Shown here: piece after piece, positions 1-7,274 of the stretch
How the letters are laid out: every line of letters begins with the position of its first letter
Numbering within the stretch: the first letter of the stretch is position 1
Origin: an uncultured Granulicella sp.
GTDB taxonomy: Bacteria > Acidobacteriota > Terriglobia > Terriglobales > Acidobacteriaceae
Assembly: GCA_903932155.1 (NCBI GenBank)
Contig: CAIZFH010000285.1
Span: 1,351 to 65,350 of the forward strand
DNA: 64,000 bases
Reading direction: 5' to 3'
Notes under the pieces: generated by a model
What the model was told of the DNA's origin: nothing
The model's database searches: none
The model's input: the letters and a program-made list of their open reading frames with translations, nothing else
Made by a program: the position numbers and the translations under genes

Positions 1-1
1 T

Positions 2-970
2 CCCATTTATGTGGCAATGGGCAACAACGACACCGGCTGCGGCGATTACGGACTGGACGCCACGCACGACGCGTTTCTGGGGCTGATTGCCAATATTGTG
101 TCTGAGGCGCTGCCCGCTGCCGATCGCGCCGATGTGCTGCGTGACTTTGCATCGGGAGGAAACTACACCGTTCCTCTGGCCGCGATACCGCACACTCGTC
201 TGATTGTGCTGGACGATGTCTTCCTATCCGGCAAGTACATTACCTGTTCCGGCAAATACGACCCTAGGCCGGCAGTCGCGCAACTGACATGGCTCGCCAG
301 ACAACTTGCTTCGGCGCGACTACAAAAAGAGCAGGTGTGGGTGATGGGTCACATCCCACCCGGTGTCGATGTGTACGCAACGGCGCGCAGGTCCGGCAAC
401 CTCTGTGGCATGAAACCTCAGATGTTCTTAGGGTCGGAAGACTTTGCCGAGTTGCTTGCGCGCAACGCAGACATCGTCCGGCTGGGGCTGTTTGGCCACA
501 CCCACGCCGACGAAATGCGGTTGCTGACTCCTGAGTCCAACTCCACGATGCAAACAGTGCAAAGCATGCTGGGAGTACCGCTGAAGAGTGTTGCTTCGAT
601 CACGCCGATTCATGGCAATCTACCAAGCTTCACAGTGGCCTCGATCGACCCCGCGAACGCTACTTTGGACGACTACACCGTCTACATGGCTTCGAACTCT
701 ACCGGCATAGGGACTACCTGGTCGAAGGAGTATACCTACTCCACGACGTACCACAAGCCTACCTATGACGCGGTTGCCGTGAAGCAATTAATGGGGGAGT
801 TTGAAAACGACCACGGCGCCAAGTCCGCGGCCAGCCAGGCTTATATACACAACTTCTTCCCTGGCGAGCTCTCGCCTATTCTGCAGCTTGCGTGGCCACA
901 GTATGTCTGCTCGCTAGACCACGACTCCGCAAAAGATTTCAGCACGTGCGCGTGCGGCGCGACAAAATAA
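2..970 (+). CDS. metallophosphoesterase, acid-sphingomyelinase-like phosphodiesterase family (5' end cut by window edge)
   Basis: Frame is open back to position 2 with no upstream stop. Blocks MGNND, GHIPPGVDVY and LFGHTHADEM match calcineurin-like/ASM-like metal-binding motifs. Stop at 968-970. Confidence 0.75.
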   Translation, partial: PIYVAMGNNDTGCGDYGLDATHDAFLGLIANIVSEALPAADRADVLRDFASGGNYTVPLAAIPHTRLIVLDDVFLSGKYITCSGKYDPRPAVAQLTWLARQLASARLQKEQVWVMGHIPPGVDVYATARRSGNLCGMKPQMFLGSEDFAELLARNADIVRLGLFGHTHADEMRLLTPESNSTMQTVQSMLGVPLKSVASITPIHGNLPSFTVASIDPANATLDDYTVYMASNSTGIGTTWSKEYTYSTTYHKPTYDAVAVKQLMGEFENDHGAKSAASQAYIHNFFPGELSPILQLAWPQYVCSLDHDSAKDFSTCACGATK

Positions 971-1033
971 TTCATAGATAAGCCTGCGATTCTAGAGCGG
1001 AACGGAGCACCCTCGACCACTCTGGCAAGCAAG

Positions 1034-1042
1034 TGATACGAT
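1034..1042 (+). promoter_or_regulatory. extended -10-like motif TGATACGAT upstream of esterase paralog 1
   Basis: TGnTAnnnT pattern ending exactly 44 nt before ATG 1087. The same motif and spacing recur before paralogs 2 and 3. Confidence 0.4.
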
Positions 1043-1086
1043 TTTTCCGATCGCACCCGATCTACTTCAAAGCAGAAGGAAACATC

Positions 1087-2496
1087 ATGCGCAGATTGTT
1101 CGGCTCTGTCCTCGCCCTCGTTCTCACAGTCACCTTTGCCCAGGCCCAGACAGCACCGCCGACGGCGACAACAGCACCAGCCACACCAGCAGCTCGTCGA
1201 GCCCCCCAGGCACCGCAAGCGCAGCAACCGACTTATTCCGTCCCGCCGGCACTGAAGAGTACCGTGACCTACGTTTGCGGCCCTGCGACGAAGGGCGGTA
1301 CCTCCCTGACCACCAACAGCATTTATTCCGAGAGCGCGCCTGGCTGGGATCTAAAGACCGCACCCAAGTTGGCGAACGGCGTCTGCTCTTCGGACACGCC
1401 TTACTTCTTTTCCATCGCGGTACCGGAGGGCAACTACCGCGTGGAAGTCGCACTGGGGGGCAGCGCGGACTCAGTGGTCACCGTCCGCGCCGAAGCGCGC
1501 CGCCTGATGCTGGAAAAAATTGCCGTCAAGGCCAACGCTGGTGCTGTCAAACGCTTTGACGTAAACGTGCGCGTTGCGGAGTTCAAGAACCCGGATGGGA
1601 GCGTGAGCCGCGTCCACCTGAAACCGCGCGAGTACGGCAACCTGAACTGGGACAATAAGCTGACCATCGAGTTTAACGGCACCAATCCCAGCTTCCGCGC
1701 CATTTCGATTACGCCGCTGACAGGATCGCATATTGATACCGTTGTGTATCTTGCGGGCGACTCCACGATGGTGGACCAGGACAGCACTCCATGGGCTTCG
1801 TGGGGACAACAGCTCCCTCGCTTTTTCCAATCCGGCGTGGTATTTGCGAATAACGCCGAATCCGGCGAGACGTCTGCATCCTTTCTGAGCGAGTTGCGCT
1901 TTGCCAAGGTGATGTCTGTGATCAAGCCGGGCGATTACTTTTTCATGCAGTTCAACCACAACGACCAGAAGGCAGGCGCGGTGACGCTGGAGAGGTACAA
2001 ACAGATTCTGACCGACTTTGCCGCGCAGGTGCGGTCGAAGGGCGCGATCCCTGTAATCGTGACGGCACAGCACCGCAGGAGCTTCGACGACTCAGGGCAT
2101 ATTACGAACTCTCTGGGCGACTATCCACAGGCCGCGCGCGATGTGGCCGCAGCTTACCAAATCCCGCTGATCGACCTGACGGCGATGAGCAAGGTTCTGT
2201 TCGAGGCGATGGGTCCCGACGGCACCAAGAACGCCTTCATGTACTACCCCGCCAACACCTTCCCCGGACAGACCATGAACTACGCCGACAACACTCATTT
2301 CAATAGCTACGGCGCGTATGAGCTGGCGCGTTGCATTGTGAAAGGAATCCACGAGGACAAGATGACGTTCTCTCTGCTGATCGATCCCTCCGTGCCGGAG
2401 TTCGATCCTGCGAAACCAGACCCGTTTGCCACCTTCTCGCTGCCCAATACACCTATCATGCGCAACGAAGATGTGACCAAGATTCCGCAGACGTAG
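1087..2496 (+). CDS. secreted SGNH/GDSL hydrolase, CE12 rhamnogalacturonan acetylesterase-like (paralog 1)
   Basis: Signal peptide MRRLFGSVLALVLTVTFAQAQ from ATG 1087 (AAGGA upstream; track start 1033 adds a non-signal extension). Pro/Ala linker, then an N-terminal beta-rich domain (PEGNYRVEVALGG). SGNH blocks GDSTM, NNAESGE, FNHNDQ, DNTHF. Confidence 0.85.
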   Translation: MRRLFGSVLALVLTVTFAQAQTAPPTATTAPATPAARRAPQAPQAQQPTYSVPPALKSTVTYVCGPATKGGTSLTTNSIYSESAPGWDLKTAPKLANGVCSSDTPYFFSIAVPEGNYRVEVALGGSADSVVTVRAEARRLMLEKIAVKANAGAVKRFDVNVRVAEFKNPDGSVSRVHLKPREYGNLNWDNKLTIEFNGTNPSFRAISITPLTGSHIDTVVYLAGDSTMVDQDSTPWASWGQQLPRFFQSGVVFANNAESGETSASFLSELRFAKVMSVIKPGDYFFMQFNHNDQKAGAVTLERYKQILTDFAAQVRSKGAIPVIVTAQHRRSFDDSGHITNSLGDYPQAARDVAAAYQIPLIDLTAMSKVLFEAMGPDGTKNAFMYYPANTFPGQTMNYADNTHFNSYGAYELARCIVKGIHEDKMTFSLLIDPSVPEFDPAKPDPFATFSLPNTPIMRNEDVTKIPQT

Positions 2497-2613
2497 GGAT
2501 TTAGAAGTTGATTACGGACCGCAACGGCCACGGAAGCTGGCTTCCTGAGCCAGCCTTGAGCGTCAACACGGAACGACGTGAGATTCGTCCACTCGACCGG
2601 GCAGGGCGGAAGG

Positions 2614-2622
2614 TGCTACGAT
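2614..2622 (+). promoter_or_regulatory. extended -10-like motif TGCTACGAT upstream of esterase paralog 2
   Basis: Part of the 17-mer GTGCTACGATTCCCCCG, which is identical to the copy at 4231-4247. Ends 44 nt before ATG 2667. Confidence 0.4.
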
Positions 2623-2666
2623 TCCCCCGGTCGCAACAGAAACGCTTTACCCCATAAGGAATTGAC

Positions 2667-4157
2667 ATGCGCAGCTTACCCGCCTCACTACTTACCTTCT
2701 CCCTCACCCTCACGATCGGACTTGCCCATGCGCAGAGTGCTCCACCTCCGACACCTGCTGCACCAGCATTGGCAGCACCGGGAGCACCGGGAGCGCCTGG
2801 TACGCCGGGAGCTCCGGGAGGGCGTGGCGGGGCACGGCCTGCAGCGCAAGCACAGCCTACGTATCCTGTGCCGCCGGCTCTGACTGGGCCCGTGACGTTG
2901 ACCTGCGGAGCCAAGAAGAAGGGCGCTACTACGCTGAGTGCAAGCAGTGTGTACTCCGACAGCGCCGCAGGTTGGGACCTGAAGACCGCGCCGACAGTGG
3001 AGAAAGGGAGCTGCACGTCGGATAAGCCCTTCTACTTTTCCATTCCGGTGCCTGAGGGCAACTACCGCGTGACGGTAGCGTTTGGCGGACCGGTGGATTC
3101 CGTCAACTATGTACGCACCGAGGTGCGGCGGTTACAGCTGGAAAAGATATCGGTGAAGGCCAAGGGATCGGTCACAAAATCCCTTGACGTGAATGTACGG
3201 GTGGCGGAGTTCAAGAACCCGGACGGGACCCAAGGCAAAGTCCGCCTGAAGCCGCGCGAGTACGGCATTCCGAACTGGGACAATAAACTGACACTGGAGT
3301 TCAACGGAACCAACCCAAGCTTCCACTCGATTACGGTTACTCCGTTGGTGGGCGCGCTGGCGGAGCCGGTTGTATATCTGGGCGGCGACTCGACGATGGT
3401 GGACCAGGACGGCACAACCTGGTCCGGCTGGGGACAGCCGCTGCCGCGCTTCTTCCTGCCCGGCGTGGTGGTTGCCAACAACGCCGAGTCCGGTGAGTCT
3501 TCGACGTCTTTCCAGGGAGAGCAGCGCTTCCCGAAGATTCTGTCCACGCTCAAGCCGGGGGACTATTTCATTGTGCAGTTCGCGCACAACGACCAGACGC
3601 TCAATGCGCGCACCAATGAACCGGCGGTGCCGATCGATCGCTACAAGCAGGTGATGACGGAATTTGTGAACCAGGTACGGGCCAAGGGCGCCATTCCAGT
3701 GATTGTGACGGCCCAGGAGCGCAGAACGTTCGACGCCAGTGGACACATCACCAACTCGCTGGGCGACTATCCGCAGGCATCGCGGGATGTGGCGGCGGCC
3801 ACCCATGCCGCGCTAATCGATCTGACGGCGATGAGTACAACGATGTTCGAGGCGATGGGTCCGGATACGGCGCTGCTGGCTTTCCATGCTCCGGACACGA
3901 CTCACTTTAGCAACTACGGCGGATATGAGCTGGCGCGCTGCGTGGTGCTGGGGATTATTCAGAACAAGCTGCCGCTGGCAAAGTTCGTCGATCCGGCATA
4001 TGCCAAGTTCGACCCAGCCAAGTTCGACCCGGCGGCCACTTTCTATCTGCCGATGAGCCCGGAACCGCCAAGGGGGAACGGTGCGATGGCGCCGCCGGCC
4101 AATGGAGCACCGACGGCACCGGCAGCACCGGCGATGCGACCGGCAGGACAACCTTAG
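2667..4157 (+). CDS. secreted SGNH/GDSL hydrolase, CE12 rhamnogalacturonan acetylesterase-like (paralog 2)
   Basis: Signal peptide MRSLPASLLTFSLTLTIGLAHAQ and a collagen-like APGAPGAPGTPGAPGGRGG linker. Same domain order as paralog 1. Blocks GDSTM, NNAESGE, FAHNDQ, DTTHF. Pro/Ala-rich C-terminal tail. Confidence 0.85.
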   Translation: MRSLPASLLTFSLTLTIGLAHAQSAPPPTPAAPALAAPGAPGAPGTPGAPGGRGGARPAAQAQPTYPVPPALTGPVTLTCGAKKKGATTLSASSVYSDSAAGWDLKTAPTVEKGSCTSDKPFYFSIPVPEGNYRVTVAFGGPVDSVNYVRTEVRRLQLEKISVKAKGSVTKSLDVNVRVAEFKNPDGTQGKVRLKPREYGIPNWDNKLTLEFNGTNPSFHSITVTPLVGALAEPVVYLGGDSTMVDQDGTTWSGWGQPLPRFFLPGVVVANNAESGESSTSFQGEQRFPKILSTLKPGDYFIVQFAHNDQTLNARTNEPAVPIDRYKQVMTEFVNQVRAKGAIPVIVTAQERRTFDASGHITNSLGDYPQASRDVAAATHAALIDLTAMSTTMFEAMGPDTALLAFHAPDTTHFSNYGGYELARCVVLGIIQNKLPLAKFVDPAYAKFDPAKFDPAATFYLPMSPEPPRGNGAMAPPANGAPTAPAAPAMRPAGQP

Positions 4158-4231
4158 GACATTTTCGCAACTTATTGCGACCCGTCAACGTCTGCAAACC
4201 ACAGGCGTGCTAGACCGCTCTGTGCCACAAG

Positions 4232-4240
4232 TGCTACGAT
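4232..4240 (+). promoter_or_regulatory. extended -10-like motif TGCTACGAT upstream of esterase paralog 3
   Basis: Same 17-mer as at 2613-2629. Ends 44 nt before ATG 4285. Confidence 0.4.
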
Positions 4241-4284
4241 TCCCCCGATTGAACGAGATTCAATTCCCAGCAGAAGGAAAACCT

Positions 4285-5709
4285 ATGCGCAGTTTGTCTG
4301 GCCCACTACTCGCCCTCGCCCTAACCGTCAGCCTTGCCCACGCGCAGACTGCTCCTCCGGCCGCTCCAGCCGCACCGGGAGCAGCCGCGCCGAGAGCGCC
4401 GAGAACTCCGGGCGCACCGGGAGCACCGGGCGCGGCACGACCGTCTCCGTTTGCATCGGCAACGCCGCAACCTGTGTTTCCCATTCCGCCAGCGCTCAGT
4501 GGGCCGGTGACGTTCAACTGCGGAGTCGCGAAGAAAGGCACGACTGCGGTGACCGCGAGCAGCGTGTACAGCGAGAGCGCGGCGGGCTGGGACATCAAGA
4601 CCACTCCCAAGGTCGAGGGCGGAATCTGCTCGTCCGATAAGCCGTTCTACTTCTCCATGGCGCTACCCGAGGGCAACTACCGCATCACTGTGGCGTTCGG
4701 CGGCAATGAAGAATCGGTGAATACGGTCCGCACCGAAGCTCGCCGGTTGACACTGGAAGGCGTTGCGGTAAAGGCCAAGGCCACGGTGACAAAATCCTTT
4801 GACGTGAACACGCGAGTTGCCGAGTACAACAACCCGGACGGGACGCCCAGCAAAGTCCGCCTGAAGAGCCGCGAGTACGGCAATCTGAACTGGGACAATA
4901 AGCTGACGATCGAGTTCAACGGGACTAACCCGAGCTTCCACTCCATCGAGATTACGCCTCTGGTGGGGGCGAAGGCCGAGCCGGTTGTGTATCTGGCGGG
5001 CGACTCCACGATGGTGGATCAGGACACTGATCCCGGGGCCTCGTGGGGACAACAGCTTCCGCGCTTCTTCCTGCCCGGCATAGTGATCGCCAACCACGCC
5101 GAATCCGGCGAGACCTCCGCGTCCTTCCAGGGCGAGCTGCGCTTCGCCAAGGTGATGTCGATCATCAAGCCGGGCGACTACTTCTTCATGCAGTTCAACC
5201 ACAACGACCAGAAGCCGGGCGCTGTGCCTCTGGACCGGTACAAGCAGATCCTGGCAGATTTTGCCAAGCAGGTGCGGGCCAAGGGTGCGACGCCGGTGAT
5301 TGTGACCGCGCAGCACCGCAGGACCTTCGACGCAAGCGGCCATGTCACCAACTCGCTGGCGGAGTATCCGCAGGCAGCGCGCGACGTAGCTGCCGCCAAC
5401 AATATCGCGCTGGTCGACCTTACGGCGATGAGCAAGGTGCTGTATGAGGCGGAGGGGCCTGAGGGTTCCAAGCACCTCTTCAATGGAACCGACATCACCC
5501 ACTTCGACAACTACGGTGCGTACGAGCTGGCACGGTGCATTGTGCATGGCATCCGCGAAGCCAAGATACCCATTGCGAAGTTCCTCGATCCCACTGTGCC
5601 AGACTTTGATCCTGCGAAGTTCGATCCGTTTGAGAAGTTCACACTGCCCGGATCGCCGAATGGCAGACGGCCCGGCGGCCCGCCACTACCAGTTGATGAT
5701 CAACTGTAG
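4285..5709 (+). CDS. secreted SGNH/GDSL hydrolase, CE12 rhamnogalacturonan acetylesterase-like (paralog 3)
   Basis: Start moved to ATG 4285 (signal peptide MRSLSGPLLALALTVSLAHAQ, AAGGAAAA upstream); the track start 4081 would overlap paralog 2. Blocks GDSTM, NHAESGE, FNHNDQ, DITHF. Confidence 0.85.
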   Translation: MRSLSGPLLALALTVSLAHAQTAPPAAPAAPGAAAPRAPRTPGAPGAPGAARPSPFASATPQPVFPIPPALSGPVTFNCGVAKKGTTAVTASSVYSESAAGWDIKTTPKVEGGICSSDKPFYFSMALPEGNYRITVAFGGNEESVNTVRTEARRLTLEGVAVKAKATVTKSFDVNTRVAEYNNPDGTPSKVRLKSREYGNLNWDNKLTIEFNGTNPSFHSIEITPLVGAKAEPVVYLAGDSTMVDQDTDPGASWGQQLPRFFLPGIVIANHAESGETSASFQGELRFAKVMSIIKPGDYFFMQFNHNDQKPGAVPLDRYKQILADFAKQVRAKGATPVIVTAQHRRTFDASGHVTNSLAEYPQAARDVAAANNIALVDLTAMSKVLYEAEGPEGSKHLFNGTDITHFDNYGAYELARCIVHGIREAKIPIAKFLDPTVPDFDPAKFDPFEKFTLPGSPNGRRPGGPPLPVDDQL

Positions 5710-5736
5710 ATAATAGTAATTGCAAGAACGAAGAGG

Positions 5737-5769
5737 CCCACATTGCGCAGAGTGCGATGTGGGTTTTTT
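5737..5769 (+). terminator. intrinsic terminator after esterase paralog 3
   Basis: Hairpin CCCACATTGCGCA-GAG-TGCGATGTGGG followed by TTTTTT. Confidence 0.7.
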
Positions 5770-5818
5770 CGTGTGACAGAAGCCGGATTGCGAAATGCGA
5801 ACTTCCTGCTGGCTGCAA

Positions 5819-7039
5819 TCAGCTCCTGGGTTTCTTGCCGAGCAGCCCACGATACAGCTCAACCGTCTGCGCGGCGATGGCCTGCCAGGAGAAGGTCTCT
5901 TCGACGCGCTTGCGTCCTGCCGCGCCGAACTTCGTACACAGGGCTGGGTCGGCCATCAACCGGGAGATGGGGGCGGCCAGATCGCGTGCGAAGCGGGCTG
6001 CGTCGAGCGGGAAGCCTGTGACTGGATCGGCATCGAAGGGCACCAGGAGGCCCATATCACCGTCGACAACCACTTCGGGAATACCGCCCACCGCGCTGGC
6101 TACCACGGGCGCACCACAGGCCATGGCTTCGAGGTTGATGATGCCGAAGGGCTCGTAGACCGACGGACAGCAGAAGACGCGGCAGTGGGAGTAGAGCTGG
6201 ATGGCCTCGACGCGAGTGACCATCTTCTCGATCCATACGATCCTGCCACCGGCGGCGCGCGCTGCCTCAACACCTGCGCGCATTTCGGCGGCAATCTCAG
6301 GGGTATCAGGCGCGCCCGCGCAGAGCACTACCTGCATCCCTGCGGGCAGATGCTTTACCGCATCGACCAGATGCACGACGCCCTTCTGGCGAGTGATGCG
6401 ACCGACAAAGAGAACGTAGGGCGCGGACGGATCGACGCCATACTTCAGCAGCGCGTCCGTTGCCGAGGTCTTGCGATACTCCGCAACGTCGATGCCGTTG
6501 TAGATGACATGCACACGCGCCGCGTCCACCTGGGGGTAGGCGCGCAGGATGTCGTCACGGGTGCCACGCGAGACGGCGATGATGGCGTCGGCGTCGAGGA
6601 TAGCTGTGCGCTCCATCCAGGAGCTCATGGCGTATCCCGAGCCAAGCTGCTCGGCCTTCCAGGCACGCAGCGGCTCCAGGGAGTGGGTGGTCAGGACAAA
6701 GGGAATCCCGTAGAGCTTTTTGGCCAGAAATCCCGCCATGGCCGCGTACCAGGTATGGGTATGTACGATGTCGATCTGCGCCAGGTCCTTCATCTGCGCC
6801 AGGTTCAGGGCCAATGCATCGACGGCAGTCTTGAATTTGGCGTCGCACCCGGCAGTGACCTCCGGCGGCGGCTGATCGCCGCGCACATGGAGGTTACCGG
6901 TGTCGAGCCGTTGCGTACCCCAGCAGTGCACCTCAACCTCGATCAGGCGGGCAAGCTCGCGGCTCAGGTACTCCACATGTACTCCCGCGCCGCCATAGAC
7001 TTCTGGGGGAAACTCCCGTGTTATCAAGCCAACCCGCAT
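5819..7039 (-). CDS. glgA: GT4 glycogen synthase, Corynebacterium/Mycobacterium GlgA (GlgM, maltose-1-phosphate synthase) type
   Basis: MRVGLITREFPPEVYGGAGVHV, HSLEPLRAWKAEQLG, FVGRITRQKGV and PSVYEPFGIINLEAMA are near-colinear with the actinobacterial GT4 GlgA/GlgM family (recalled, not searched). Start set at ATG 7039, preceded by GGTGGGGAG. Confidence 0.85.
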   Translation of the reverse strand: MRVGLITREFPPEVYGGAGVHVEYLSRELARLIEVEVHCWGTQRLDTGNLHVRGDQPPPEVTAGCDAKFKTAVDALALNLAQMKDLAQIDIVHTHTWYAAMAGFLAKKLYGIPFVLTTHSLEPLRAWKAEQLGSGYAMSSWMERTAILDADAIIAVSRGTRDDILRAYPQVDAARVHVIYNGIDVAEYRKTSATDALLKYGVDPSAPYVLFVGRITRQKGVVHLVDAVKHLPAGMQVVLCAGAPDTPEIAAEMRAGVEAARAAGGRIVWIEKMVTRVEAIQLYSHCRVFCCPSVYEPFGIINLEAMACGAPVVASAVGGIPEVVVDGDMGLLVPFDADPVTGFPLDAARFARDLAAPISRLMADPALCTKFGAAGRKRVEETFSWQAIAAQTVELYRGLLGKKPRS

Positions 7040-7274
7040 CGCGCTCCCCACCTCGTAGATTCAGGAATCCTCGCAACAGGATACGCCTTGAAAGATGCAT
7101 TCCCCATGGTCTAGCGTGATTTAGCAGTTCGGAGAGCGACAAAACCACCCGCAGTCAGCAATAATGGGTGCGCCGAAACTCAGAACACGCGGCAGCCGTC
7201 TCTGCATAAAAGCCCCAATTTTGGCATCAACGAACGACGCAGCAGAGATACTGCGAAACGAATTCCTGGAGAAC

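Noticed and set aside
4081-4284. N-terminal extension of esterase paralog 3 in the ORF track
   Set aside because: The extension overlaps the end of paralog 2 and is Arg/His-rich. ATG 4285 gives a signal peptide, an SD, and the same 44-nt spacing from the repeated promoter-like motif as the other two paralogs.
5795-7114. 439-aa ORF on the plus strand
   Set aside because: It is entirely antisense to the well-supported GT4 glycogen synthase gene. It has an Arg/Gly/Ala-rich composition typical of shadow ORFs in high-GC DNA and no recognisable motifs.
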